DNA of 64,000 nucleotides from a virus (IMGVR_UViG_3300024268_000023), one strand, 5' to 3'; shown: positions 55,203-64,000, counted from the first letter of the stretch. Program-made: numbers and translations. Notes: generated by a model not told the origin, from the letters alone.

Positions 55203-55589
55203 TCAGATGACAGTGACTGTTTCTCTGATAGCGGCTTTTTCTTTCTCGATTTCCTTGAGGGCAGTTGCGATATTTGCTTCAACTTTGTTTACACGAAGAA
55301 TTGCAACGCCAACTGCTTCTACCACGAGGTCTTCGGCTTTGCCAGCACCTTTGGGGAGAGGCATAGTGAGGCAAGCGACAGATTTTTCTGCGTGGGTTTC
55401 ATCGTTGAACTGAACGCAGAAGGTGTCGATCTGTGCCTTTTCACCGAATCCTACGGCGAAAACAGGACGCTTGTCCTCGTCGAAGAGTTTGAGGAGATTG
55501 GGACGGTATTTTGCGACAGTCTGGATTTCCTCCTTGGTGTATTCGCTTTCGATTACGTAGACGCTACCAGCGACTTTGATTTTTGCCAT
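55203..55589 (-). CDS. hypothetical protein
   Basis: 128-aa ORF. Confidence 0.45.
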   Translation of the reverse strand: MAKIKVAGSVYVIESEYTKEEIQTVAKYRPNLLKLFDEDKRPVFAVGFGEKAQIDTFCVQFNDETHAEKSVACLTMPLPKGAGKAEDLVVEAVGVAILRVNKVEANIATALKEIEKEKAAIRETVTVI

Positions 55590-55659
55590 AATTAGTGGCT
55601 CCTTTCATAATAAAATTTTTTTTGATTTATATATTAAATTGGTTTCCCAAATTAATACC

Positions 55660-56076
55660 TTAAATAAGTTCTTCTATGTTTATAAGGTCATATTCAGAAT
55701 CCTTAATAACATAGCAATGATCTATGCCGGTGTTGTCCCGGTACCATTCAACAGAAGAAAAGATTTCCTCTTTTGATGTTCCCGGCATCCAACCCTCGTA
55801 AAACGGCTGGAAGTCCCTGTTATTAAAATCTTCGGGCTCATCAGAACCCTCCAAGCAATAGATTCGAGGCAGAGCATCGAAGTGCAACCAATAATATACA
55901 CTGGATGATTCGTTCATGATTTTTTGCTTTTGTTCATCTGAAGCGAAATAAACAAAGCTTTCTTTTCCGCTTTCTGCTCGAGAAATAAATTCCTTTATTG
56001 AAATTTTCTTTACAGGGAAATGGCACTGTTCGCAAGCTTCAATGAAATGGTATGTTAAATCTTTTGTTGGTTCCAT
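55660..56076 (-). CDS. hypothetical protein (ends LINIEELI)
   Basis: 138 aa with the shared C-terminal motif. Confidence 0.45.
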   Translation of the reverse strand: MEPTKDLTYHFIEACEQCHFPVKKISIKEFISRAESGKESFVYFASDEQKQKIMNESSSVYYWLHFDALPRIYCLEGSDEPEDFNNRDFQPFYEGWMPGTSKEEIFSSVEWYRDNTGIDHCYVIKDSEYDLINIEELI

Positions 56077-56077
56077 A

Positions 56078-56425
56078 TCATATCAACTCCTCTATGTTCA
56101 CAAGCGTTCCAGCAGCAGGAACGATATAATACTCCAAGTCATTCCAATCTTCATTGTCGTAAATAGACTTAAGATTGCCGCTTGTAAAATAAGTGTTCTT
56201 CGAGTATAGCGGATTGAACAGAAGCATATTTGCATATCCATAGCCGGAATTGATGTTCATGCTACCGAACAATACCTTTTCGGAGGGGTTCTCCGTCACC
56301 AAAACGCACATTCCGTGTTCTTTTGTTTGACGAAGACAACGGATTTGTTCAAGAGTCATAAACCTCAAACGCGATTCGTGCCCATGGCTGGTGACACCTT
56401 GGATAAAATCTTCCTTTGATATCAT
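56078..56425 (-). CDS. hypothetical protein (ends LVNIEELI)
   Basis: 115 aa with the shared C-terminal motif. Confidence 0.45.
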   Translation of the reverse strand: MISKEDFIQGVTSHGHESRLRFMTLEQIRCLRQTKEHGMCVLVTENPSEKVLFGSMNINSGYGYANMLLFNPLYSKNTYFTSGNLKSIYDNEDWNDLEYYIVPAAGTLVNIEELI

Positions 56426-56569
56426 GATGTTCTTTCTTCCTCCTCTTCTTTTTGTTCTTCGAGGAATTCGTTGTATTCCTCATCGGAAACAAACTGCATA
56501 ATGCGTCCGTTTTCATAAACGTTGTAACTGAAATCTCCGTACATACTACGAACTCCTTTCCGAAATGTC
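56420..56569 (-). CDS. small acidic protein (~49 aa)
   Basis: MTFRKGVRSMYGDF...EEEEEERTS. ATGA overlap with the downstream gene. Below track cutoff. Confidence 0.3.
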
Positions 56570-56723
56570 ATGTAATCACTGCCTTTGCAAGATTAATCAA
56601 GCCAACGCCAACAAGCAGTACATAGGCGCTTGCGGAGAAATACCGTTCGTTTTTGTAACTTGTCATAGCTTGATAAGAAAACAAAACTACTGAGGCCATA
56701 TGAAGAATAATTCTGAACTCCAT
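56568..56723 (-). CDS. small membrane protein (~51 aa)
   Basis: MEFRIILHMASVVLFSYQ... with two hydrophobic segments. Its stop overlaps the next start (ATGA). Confidence 0.3.
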   Translation of the reverse strand: MEFRIILHMASVVLFSYQAMTSYKNERYFSASAYVLLVGVGLINLAKAVIT

Positions 56724-56738
56724 GGGTGTCATCACCTC

Positions 56739-57158
56739 TTAACCAAAGTCATCCCAGTAGCTTTCCGGTACACCAAGGTCGGCAGATAGACTGATATAGT
56801 CGTAAGGGTTTCCCTCTGGCGCGGCAGGTCTTCCGTAAAAAGCGGGACGTTCAATGATGGGAACTCTGTATCGCATCTGTACCACCAGCGAAGGCCCGGA
56901 AATCAGTTCCTCCACAGGACGGTTCTCAGTAATGAAATTATCAACTTCCGGAGTTCCGATGAAAGTGTGTTCATTAACAAAGAGAACGGGAAACGCTGCG
57001 GTTTTCAATGTTCTTGAACGTTTCATTTTCTCTTCGGTAATAGGAGGGAAGGGATACTTTTTGAAAAGAGAACCAAAAGTCATAGTTCCTCTTTCAATAG
57101 ATTCATAAATGGCGGGTTTGCCTTCGCGGAGAATGCGGAGATTGATTTTTGATTCCAT
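56739..57158 (-). CDS. hypothetical protein
   Basis: 139-aa ORF. Confidence 0.45.
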   Translation of the reverse strand: MESKINLRILREGKPAIYESIERGTMTFGSLFKKYPFPPITEEKMKRSRTLKTAAFPVLFVNEHTFIGTPEVDNFITENRPVEELISGPSLVVQMRYRVPIIERPAFYGRPAAPEGNPYDYISLSADLGVPESYWDDFG

Positions 57159-57173
57159 TTTTATTTTCCTTTC

Positions 57174-57617
57174 TTAAATGATTTTGAACAGTTTTACAGG
57201 CTTATTGATGGTTAGATTGAATGCAGAATGAATTTTGAAATCGATGTCGTCATTAAGGGTGTAATCATATATACCGCCTTTATATGTAGCACCCATATTG
57301 CAACAAAGATGTGGTGGGTCTACAACTTGAAGAACTTTCCGTACGGAAGAGTCGTAGAAGTATTCTCCACACTTTAAAGATCGATATTCTTCATAGGACA
57401 TCGGAACTTTGCAAACCATAAATAATTCGGATCGAGCACCCTCAGAGTCATTGCGACCATCGGGTTCAGAACGGCCCCAACCGTTCCATACGATGCCGAT
57501 ATAGTTGCCATAAGTTGAAATGATTTTCCCTACACGAGGAGCCGTGAAAGTATTGTTATAAGCAATTAAATCGCCAACTTTGAGATTTTTAAACTGTTCT
57601 TCGGTAAGCATTTTCAT
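57174..57617 (-). CDS. hypothetical protein (N-terminal paralog-like motif FKNLKVGDLIAY)
   Basis: 147 aa. Its N-terminus resembles the following small paralogs. Confidence 0.45.
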   Translation of the reverse strand: MKMLTEEQFKNLKVGDLIAYNNTFTAPRVGKIISTYGNYIGIVWNGWGRSEPDGRNDSEGARSELFMVCKVPMSYEEYRSLKCGEYFYDSSVRKVLQVVDPPHLCCNMGATYKGGIYDYTLNDDIDFKIHSAFNLTINKPVKLFKII

Positions 57618-57625
57618 TTCCTTTC

Positions 57626-57868
57626 TTATATGATCTCAGATATGTTTATAGTTGAGAACTGCGGGTAAGAGTCAAAACACTTTAGCCCTGACGGCTCATT
57701 TGTATAGTGGTATTCATTAGAAGATATTCTCCATGCAACACTTATTCTATTGGGCCGCACCTTTGTAACATTTCCGAACATACCTTTTAAGTTGGCATCC
57801 CCCCAATCACAAGAATGAAGAACCTTATCGCCAACTTTAAGGTTATCAAATTGTTCTTTGGTTATCAT
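57626..57868 (-). CDS. small paralog-family protein (ends TINISEII)
   Basis: 80 aa with an N-terminal FDNLKVGDKVLHS. Confidence 0.5.
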   Translation of the reverse strand: MITKEQFDNLKVGDKVLHSCDWGDANLKGMFGNVTKVRPNRISVAWRISSNEYHYTNEPSGLKCFDSYPQFSTINISEII

Positions 57869-58137
57869 ATGATTTCCTCCAGACGTACGGAATTATTTGG
57901 ATATTGAAATTCATAATCAGCAAGAAGCGGGAGAGTATATTTTATTTCTGAAGAAACATCATTCCACTTTATAAACACGGTGCGTCCGTCTTCGGGAGTT
58001 ACCTTGGTAACGATGCCATATACAATCCTCTTTATGTAAAGCTTTGTTCCAGGGCAAAGCTTATCAAAATCCTGCTTTGTCATATGATTTCCTCCAATCC
58101 AACCAATGCTACGGGGTTTGAAACAAAACGAACCCAA
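57865..58137 (-). CDS. small paralog-family protein (ends SVRLEEII)
   Basis: 90 aa with an N-terminal FDKLCPGTKLYIK. Confidence 0.45.
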   Translation of the reverse strand: MGSFCFKPRSIGWIGGNHMTKQDFDKLCPGTKLYIKRIVYGIVTKVTPEDGRTVFIKWNDVSSEIKYTLPLLADYEFQYPNNSVRLEEII

Positions 58138-58319
58138 TTCTCGACTTCATTATACTTGTATGTTTCGTCAAGCGTTTGGTTTGTATTGGAAACTCTTACC
58201 CAATGAACTTTGATAGTGCCGTTGTCATGGAATGCTTGCGTTACAACTCCATTCCAAGTGCTATTTGAGTTGGTGACCTTTGATCCAGCACGGAGGCTTT
58301 CAAATTCCTTTAACGTCAT
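58080..58319 (-). CDS. small paralog-family protein (ends LVGLEEII)
   Basis: 79 aa with an N-terminal FESLRAGSKV. Overlaps its neighbour by 58 nt, so the start is uncertain. Confidence 0.4.
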   Translation of the reverse strand: MTLKEFESLRAGSKVTNSNSTWNGVVTQAFHDNGTIKVHWVRVSNTNQTLDETYKYNEVENWVRFVSNPVALVGLEEII

Positions 58320-58612
58320 ATGAGTTCCTCCAATCCTACAGGAGATGTTGCAAAACCTTCAAAGAGAGTTTCGCAATAGTTCCATCCGCGAGAGCATTCT
58401 TCGATTCGTACCGCAAAATACTCTTTGCCTTCGTTGTCAGAAGTCCATAAATACGGATTTGTTTTTACGGTAACAATTTTACCTTCGAATTCCCTCATGT
58501 TATCATTTACATACTCGGGCCAGCCGCCATCGAAAACGTTCCAATCAGAGAAGAATTTTACTTTATCGCCAGGACGAAGCTTTATAAAACTCTCATGTTT
58601 CATTGTTGTCAC
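58316..58612 (-). CDS. small paralog-family protein (ends PVGLEELI)
   Basis: 98 aa. Confidence 0.5.
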   Translation of the reverse strand: MTTMKHESFIKLRPGDKVKFFSDWNVFDGGWPEYVNDNMREFEGKIVTVKTNPYLWTSDNEGKEYFAVRIEECSRGWNYCETLFEGFATSPVGLEELI

Positions 58613-58621
58613 CTCCCACCG

Positions 58622-58984
58622 TCAAAACCAAGGGGCAGAGGTTTCAAAGATGGCGCGAACCATGCCTCTATTTCTTCCGGAAATAAATTCAACTTCATAG
58701 AGAGGAATTTTATCTTCTCCCAGAGGCACGTATCTTTTTCGAACGAGAGCGTCTGCGAATTCGATGACATCTCCTACCTTATACTCGAACAATTCATCAT
58801 GCAGACCATCATCTTTTGTATAAAAGTTTTTATCACCATAAAGACTGCCTTCGGTGCTTTCATAAATTGGAGCACCATGCTCAAATTTTGAAAGATAAAC
58901 TTTCTTGATGACTATTGTTCTTCCGTCATGAAGTGTAACCGTCTCTCCGACGACGTGACCGGGTTTCGGATATGTCATATTCAT
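58622..58984 (-). CDS. hypothetical protein
   Basis: 120-aa ORF. Confidence 0.45.
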   Translation of the reverse strand: MNMTYPKPGHVVGETVTLHDGRTIVIKKVYLSKFEHGAPIYESTEGSLYGDKNFYTKDDGLHDELFEYKVGDVIEFADALVRKRYVPLGEDKIPLYEVEFISGRNRGMVRAIFETSAPWF

Positions 58985-59150
58985 TCGCCTCCAATTTTCT
59001 TTTTGTGATTCTTCTGGCGGCTTTATCCACCGACGATTCCGTTGTGCATTTTACAAGCTCAGCGTAATCGTAAAAGTCAAGTTTCAAACGAAACTCCTCT
59101 GTGAGAAGCCTTTCTTTTTCGATAATGTAGCTTTCAAGTTCAGGTGTCAT
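58926..59150 (-). CDS. hypothetical basic protein
   Basis: 74 aa. Overlaps the start region of the downstream gene. Confidence 0.3.
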   Translation of the reverse strand: MTPELESYIIEKERLLTEEFRLKLDFYDYAELVKCTTESSVDKAARRITKRKLEANEYDISETRSRRRRDGYTS

Positions 59151-59620
59151 AGGCCAGCCTCCTTTTGTTAGGTGAGAAAATAGAACATATGTTCTATTAT
59201 TTTTTCAAATGCCTTTCGGCATATAATGCGGAGTGAGCGGAAGAGGGAAGAGTTGAACTTCCATTTTGATTCTGAAAGTAAATTCGTTTGTACCAGAGAC
59301 GATTCACTTAATTATGAGCCATGCACTGCCATTGTGCTACTCTTCCGTGTTTGCACACTGTAACCCCGTGTGCATGGTCAGAACAGAGGTGACGATAACG
59401 CAATCCTCAGTTAAATTCATATATGGTGCAGAATTGTATCGAACATATGTTCTTATTTTTGAGTACAAAAAAGAGACGAACTTTGTTTGCGCCCGTCTCT
59501 TTCCTCGTTGTCTTGATTGATTTTGTGACGCTATTATATCACGAATCTCGAATCTGTCAAGAGGTTTTGCGGGTGCTGGTGCCATTTTAGTCAAAAATTG
59601 ACTAATTTGTTGTCCAGCTT

Positions 59621-60016
59621 TTAGATTTTAAAATCTTTTGCTTTTGCGGTATTCACGAGGTAAAGAACACCTCTACGAGTGAGAGGTTTGATAGGGTATT
59701 CGTTTTTCTTGATGACCGAACGCAAAGAGATCATTTTTTTGTTTGCTTCCTTTTCGTCTGAAATATTAGTTACACAGCAAGCGTCGCCCATTGCAAGAAA
59801 CGCGATGCAATCGGCGTTTGCTGCATCAAAAGCAGGAGCCGCTCTGTGACGAGTGAGGTTATTGAAGTAATTGCGGGACGGAATGTCCTCAATTTTACAA
59901 GGTGTAAGGGTCATAATTTGGTTTCCTCCTTGGATTTTGAATGTAATTTTATTTTCATGAGCACGGTGCTCAAATGAAACGAGATTAATTTTTGAGCAAT
60001 CAAAAACCGTGCTCAA
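59621..60016 (-). CDS. hypothetical protein
   Basis: 131-aa ORF. Confidence 0.4.
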   Translation of the reverse strand: MSTVFDCSKINLVSFEHRAHENKITFKIQGGNQIMTLTPCKIEDIPSRNYFNNLTRHRAAPAFDAANADCIAFLAMGDACCVTNISDEKEANKKMISLRSVIKKNEYPIKPLTRRGVLYLVNTAKAKDFKI

Positions 60017-60080
60017 AATCTGAGCACGGTTCAGAAAGCTCTATTCAGAAAGGAATGAGGGTATAATCAGTTGAGGCACT

Positions 60081-60116
60081 AAAAAACCGGGCTCGTTTGG
60101 AGTCCGGTTTTCTTTA
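60081..60116. terminator. bidirectional hairpin terminator (AAAACCGG...CCGGTTTT)
   Basis: 8-bp stem flanked by an A-run upstream and a T-run downstream. Confidence 0.5.
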
Positions 60117-60184
60117 TGCCACTTGTGAGGCGAGGTAGCAATAAGAAGTTTTATTTTTCGTCAAGCATAAAATTCGTAAAAGCA

Positions 60185-60565
60185 TCAAGATCTTACAAGC
60201 GGAATATATAAGTCATGATATGTGAAATCTATATCGATTTCTTCTTCATTTGCTGAAGAAAATTCACACACATCAACATTTTTGAGAATATCTCTAAGCC
60301 ATTCAAATTCATCGGGAGCTCTTAGTGCTAAAGAAAACGTTGTAACTCTTAATGTACCAGAAGTACGAGGGGCGTAATCTTTTGAAAATTGAATATGATA
60401 AGCTTCATCCGAAGGTAAAGTTGTGTGATACCATAGGAAAAATGCTATTGCCTCAATTATATTCTCAAAAACCACAGGATTAACTTGATAGCCGTTCGGC
60501 AGTGCTTCATTAATTTTAATTGCGAATTTAGTTCTTGCGTTTTGTATTTGCTGGCTATAATCCAT
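60185..60565 (-). CDS. hypothetical protein
   Basis: 126-aa ORF. Confidence 0.4.
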   Translation of the reverse strand: MDYSQQIQNARTKFAIKINEALPNGYQVNPVVFENIIEAIAFFLWYHTTLPSDEAYHIQFSKDYAPRTSGTLRVTTFSLALRAPDEFEWLRDILKNVDVCEFSSANEEEIDIDFTYHDLYIPLVRS

Positions 60566-60789
60566 CTTATTACCACCTATTAAAAAATTAGGGAGTTAAA
60601 GTCCCCGTAGGATTCAGCAAGAAACTTCCAATAAAGCAGAATTGGAAGAAACTCCACCGTCTACCACCAACGTTGCTGAATCCTACGGGAAATTCAATCC
60701 CTTACAACATTTTAATAAGAGAATACGATTTTGTCAAGCATTTTATTAAAGAGAGGCCTATTAAAGGCCCCTCTAATTTAATTGCTCAA

Positions 60790-61155
60790 TCAGGAAAACT
60801 GTTCAAGATAACGCAAAACAAACTCTTGCTGCATATTAGGAATTTTGGAATACATTTTCAAATAGGTTTCGATTTGCTTTTTAGTAAGCGAACCGAAATT
60901 GTCTTCCGTTAAGCCTACGACAAGGAATGTTCCGCAGATAATATCAATTGCATTACCGGTTTCCTCATCGTAGAGAAACCTGTTCGGCGGAAGATTGCAG
61001 AGTTTGCCTTCGTCGTTGCAAATAATCGCAACTTCATCAGTGAAAGGGTAGAGAACTTCAATAAGGCCACCAACCTCATGCTGGAGGGATTCCAAATCGG
61101 AACCAATTTCCTTTGCATATGCGGCTTTACCGGGTTCTACAACGAGCGTTTTCAT
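60790..61155 (-). CDS. hypothetical protein
   Basis: 121-aa ORF. Confidence 0.45.
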   Translation of the reverse strand: MKTLVVEPGKAAYAKEIGSDLESLQHEVGGLIEVLYPFTDEVAIICNDEGKLCNLPPNRFLYDEETGNAIDIICGTFLVVGLTEDNFGSLTKKQIETYLKMYSKIPNMQQEFVLRYLEQFS

Positions 61156-61268
61156 TTGATGACACTCCTTTCAAAATCTTCTATAACAACGATTGCGGCA
61201 GCCGTGAGGGCTACCACAAGCACTGCTGTGAGTATGACGCCAATGGCGATTTCAAATACAAATTCCGT

Positions 61269-61472
61269 TTACATCAACACCTTTTCAATCTGAACTGCTT
61301 TGAAGGCGCAGAATGCTGCTAATGCAAAGAAAACCACGCAAAGGGGAATGCATTCGGAAAATAATGCCGCAAGAATAAAGTGCATTATCATAAACCAACC
61401 GTTTCTGTTTGCGATGTTGCGCAGGTTTTTGCGGTTCACTTTTACATTGCATTTCATGTGATGCACCTCCAA
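61269..61472 (-). CDS. small membrane protein
   Basis: 67 aa with two TM helices. Confidence 0.35.
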   Translation of the reverse strand: MEVHHMKCNVKVNRKNLRNIANRNGWFMIMHFILAALFSECIPLCVVFFALAAFCAFKAVQIEKVLM

Positions 61473-61479
61473 TTCTAAA

Positions 61480-61863
61480 TTAAATTTCGATTATGATTGC
61501 GATTTCCTTTCGGGCATAAAAGTCCGGGTGAAGAGTTCTGAGCTGACGCGGAACCCATTCGATAGGAAATTCGTTTTTGGGCGAAGCAAAAAATTCGCGA
61601 AGATTATCGAAGGCCCGGAGCTGTTCTTTGGCGTCGGGAGAACAAATGCTGCTGACGTAGCTCATATAGTATGCGAAACGAATTTCGCTTGGGGTTTTGC
61701 TGGGGAAACATCCGCAGGACGTCGCAAGATGACATAAGCCCTGCATAGCGGATTCAGAATCGATTTCATTCGAGAGATATTCATCGAGTATGTGCTCAAT
61801 GATAGGTTTTGTGCAGGGGATAAGATGGTCGCGTTTGAAGGTTTCTAAATTCATATGCGATTT
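61480..61863 (-). CDS. hypothetical Cys-rich protein
   Basis: The 3' half of track ORF 61480..62181, from the internal Met at MNLETFKRD. The 5' half is low-complexity and overlaps a better ORF. Confidence 0.4.
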   Translation of the reverse strand, partial: KSHMNLETFKRDHLIPCTKPIIEHILDEYLSNEIDSESAMQGLCHLATSCGCFPSKTPSEIRFAYYMSYVSSICSPDAKEQLRAFDNLREFFASPKNEFPIEWVPRQLRTLHPDFYARKEIAIIIEI

Positions 61864-61873
61864 CCTTTCTAAT

Positions 61874-62125
61874 TTACTTTTTGCCTGCAAGAGCAGCGAG
61901 GTCTTTGATGAGGACGTTCCAGGCTTCCCACTGATAATAATAGCGAGTTCCTTCCTCCGGAGGCATTGCGTCTTTTTCGATGAGTTCGCCGGTGTCTTCG
62001 TCGATGAGGTCTTCCATGAGCCATCTTCTGCGATCATAGGCAACTTCAAGCAGATCTTTGATGTTTTCGAGATAAGCAATGCGCTCATCAATGGATTCGG
62101 TTGCGGGATGTTTGCACATAAGCAT
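61874..62125 (-). CDS. hypothetical acidic protein
   Basis: 83-aa ORF lying 11 nt upstream of the next start. Confidence 0.45.
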   Translation of the reverse strand: MLMCKHPATESIDERIAYLENIKDLLEVAYDRRRWLMEDLIDEDTGELIEKDAMPPEEGTRYYYQWEAWNVLIKDLAALAGKK

Positions 62126-62154
62126 TTCCTTTCTGAATTAGAATTTGATTTAGA

Positions 62155-62301
62155 ATAAAACCGTGAGAAGATAGCCGGCAATTGCTACGCAAGCGAGAAT
62201 TGCGACAAGGTTTGCACCATTGCCCTGCACGAAGTAGTAAACCTCTTCGCACAAATCAAGGAGTTTGTTGGTGATTTTGTTAATGATTCTTTTCATAACT
62301 C
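62155..62301 (-). CDS. small membrane protein (~48 aa)
   Basis: MKRIINKITNKLLDLCEEVYYFVQGNGANLVAILACVAIAGYLLTVLF. Below track cutoff. Confidence 0.3.
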
Positions 62302-62455
62302 ATTTCCTTTCTGGCAATGTGATGCCAACTCGATTTCAAGACTGATTTCCTTTGCGGGGCATGCACCTTTAAGAGGAGGTGGGGCGGCGGCAAAGGCAAC
62401 CGACCGCCCTGCTGAAAGCAAAAGTCGATGGACAAATTGCGTAGCATTAAGCCCA

Positions 62456-62482
62456 TACTAAAAAGCACCACTGTGTGGTGGT
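62456..62482 (-). terminator. rho-independent terminator
   Basis: AGCACCAC-TGTG-GTGGTGCT stem followed, on the minus strand, by TTTTT. Lies downstream of gene 62552..63415. Confidence 0.6.
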
Positions 62483-62551
62483 GCTTTCGGATACGGGTTT
62501 AATTATGAGGCTGATATGGTGATGCGAAATGGAAAGTGATTTTCTTTTTGA

Positions 62552-63415
62552 TTATGCGTCTGCCACAGCAGTAGCAGGAACAAGCTCTGCTTCTGCGAAA
62601 TAATCCTTGCCTTTTGTTCTGACGGCATATTCGTTGTGTGTGATAGATTTGTTGCAAATGCTCATAATAGATTCCATCATCTTTTTGCTGGATTTTGCAG
62701 TAAGACTGCGTCCCTGACGGGATTCCTTGATTTCGGACATTATGAGGCGATTGATATCCTGCTTGATAACACCATATCCTTCGCCAAGCATTGCGAGAAC
62801 AACCGACTCAAGAAACGCAAGGAGCTTGTTCTTGCTCAGTGCGTTTTCATCTGCAGCAAGCTCAGCTTGAATTCTTGCATAGATAGCCGTTCCTGCGGTC
62901 TTCTTAGGCACAGAAGAGTTAAGCTCCCTGCAAGCATAAACTTCAAGGCGAGTTGCAAGCTCGTCAATCATACTCGACCAATTAGGCTGTGCGCCAAGAG
63001 GAAGGGAACGATCTCTTGCAAAAAGAAGCATTTCGCGAAGGTCGACTGCAGTGCGTGTTTCTTTTTCGCTGAGAACAAAACGGTTGAGCGTTTCGCTCAT
63101 TTTGTCTACGCACTGAATAGTGGGGTATTCATATACTTTGATAGCGTGCACCATCGGATTTTCCTTCTCGAAACATTCAAGGAAAAAATTTGTACGGGAA
63201 TATGTGTTGTATTCCTCTACGAGAATGCCGCATTCTGCGCGTGCTTCGGTTACAGCATCCATATCACGCGCGGCTCGAGCTTCATTGACACGCACGACAG
63301 CCTTGTCAAGCTCAATTTTTTTACATGCCATCAATTCGATGTAGGTGTTTTCCATTTTACGACTTCCTTTCAAGTGTAATTCTGCCAATCTTAAAGGCAT
63401 AACAAAGCCTACCAA
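62552..63415 (-). CDS. hypothetical protein
   Basis: 287-aa mostly helical ORF. An internal Met (MENTYIEL) is a possible start. Confidence 0.5.
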   Translation of the reverse strand: MVGFVMPLRLAELHLKGSRKMENTYIELMACKKIELDKAVVRVNEARAARDMDAVTEARAECGILVEEYNTYSRTNFFLECFEKENPMVHAIKVYEYPTIQCVDKMSETLNRFVLSEKETRTAVDLREMLLFARDRSLPLGAQPNWSSMIDELATRLEVYACRELNSSVPKKTAGTAIYARIQAELAADENALSKNKLLAFLESVVLAMLGEGYGVIKQDINRLIMSEIKESRQGRSLTAKSSKKMMESIMSICNKSITHNEYAVRTKGKDYFAEAELVPATAVADA

Positions 63416-63794
63416 TCAAATGCGAATGATAGGCTCTATATGCTTTTAAGCGGCAAAAGCCGCTGAAATTCTATTTAACGCAATATCAACATAACTTTTC
63501 TATGTTTCCGGAGTTTTTTGGCACAAATACGCGGCGTTCCGTGGTACACCCACAGTTTGCCCTTACTTCTGATTTTGCGGTACACCCGCAATGCCAGTGT
63601 AACGTAAGTGTAATTTGTTGCCACGCTCTGAAGACACGAATTGTAAATGTCGTACTGTTGGAACTTCTTGATAAAACAGGTTCCGACCTGACTCCGATGC
63701 ATTGGCGGTATTGTAGCGTGTCGGCGTTGTCGGCACGCTTCCCTTGCACGGTAGGGATTTCAAGATTACTCTCGAAAACTTTCTTCATATTTGG

Positions 63795-64000
63795 AAAACG
63801 CGCGACACTTTCGCTTTCGCTTCCGCTTTCGCGTTCGCTTCGCTTCGTTTCGCTTCGTTTTCACTAAATAAGAGAAAACGCGCGACACTTTCGCTTTCGC
63901 TTCCGCTTTCGCGTTCGCTTCGCTTCGTTTCGCTTCGTTTTCACTAAATAAGAGAAAACGCGCGACACTTTCGCTTTCGCTTCCGCTTTCGCGTTCGCTT
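63795..64000. repeat. 80-bp tandem direct repeats (at least 2.5 copies, continuing past window end) built from TTCGCT-like hexamers
   Basis: The unit AAAACGCGCGACACTTTCGCTTTCGCTTCCGCTTTCGCGTTCGCTTCGCTTCGTTTCGCTTCGTTTTCACTAAATAAGAG recurs at 63795, 63875 and 63955. Confidence 0.85.

Noticed and set aside
61874-62181. 5' half of track ORF 61480..62181 (low-complexity Ser/Lys-rich).
   Set aside because: It overlaps the better-looking 83-aa ORF 61874..62125 in another frame. The gene was restarted at the internal Met (61863).
1-64000. Stop-codon reassignment suggested by the possible UCA tRNA.
   Set aside because: Essentially every recognisable gene (dUTPase, SSB, PolIIIalpha, RNR, integrase) is full length under the standard code. 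Each ends at a normal stop with tight operon spacing.
63795-64000. CRISPR array.
   Set aside because: The repeats are 80 bp and directly abutting with no unique spacers. No cas genes are present.

Overview
This window reads as a contiguous piece of a low-GC bacteriophage or prophage genome, probably infecting a Firmicutes-type host. Coding density is high, gene starts and stops often overlap by 1-4 nt, and Shine-Dalgarno AAGGAGG-like sites are frequent. The layout runs as follows. (1) Positions 1-10.8 kb, plus strand: a tail-fibre/structural block. It contains an inserted homing-endonuclease-like gene and an M23-peptidase gene that appears split by a ~240-nt candidate group I intron. Cysteine-peptidase-like and holin-like genes follow. 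(2) 10.8-12.8 kb: an attP-like repeat region, a tyrosine integrase and an excisionase-like HTH gene. (3) 12.7-27 kb, minus strand: nucleotide metabolism (dUTPase, class II RNR, dNMP kinase, HAD phosphatase, possible ThyX) and replication genes (DNA ligase, adenine/cytosine-N-methyltransferase, Pol III alpha DnaE-like, primase-helicase, Cas4-like nuclease, SSB, RecA-like ATPase). (4) 27-41 kb: many small minus-strand ORFs, including a membrane-protein cluster (SPFH/band-7, SleB-like hydrolase), a radical-SAM protein and a metallophosphoesterase. (5) 41.4-44.1 kb: a minus-strand array of about 12 tRNA genes with an embedded HNH endonuclease, several atypical tRNAs and an integrase-gene fragment. 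(6) 44.3-50.4 kb: three related GC-rich structured non-coding elements, a tandem array of 11 small paralogous genes, and an adjacent retron/group-II-like reverse transcriptase. (7) 50.4-55.6 kb: an E1-like, JAB/MPN+ and ubiquitin-like candidate module. (8) 55.6-63.4 kb: more small ORFs. (9) From 63.8 kb: 80-bp tandem repeats running to the window end. The strongest cross-cutting signal is a conserved C-terminal peptide [N/G]-[I/V/L]-x-[E/D]-[L/I]-I-COOH shared by at least 23 otherwise diverse small proteins. All calls rest on manual reading of the ORF translations and sequence. No database search was possible.
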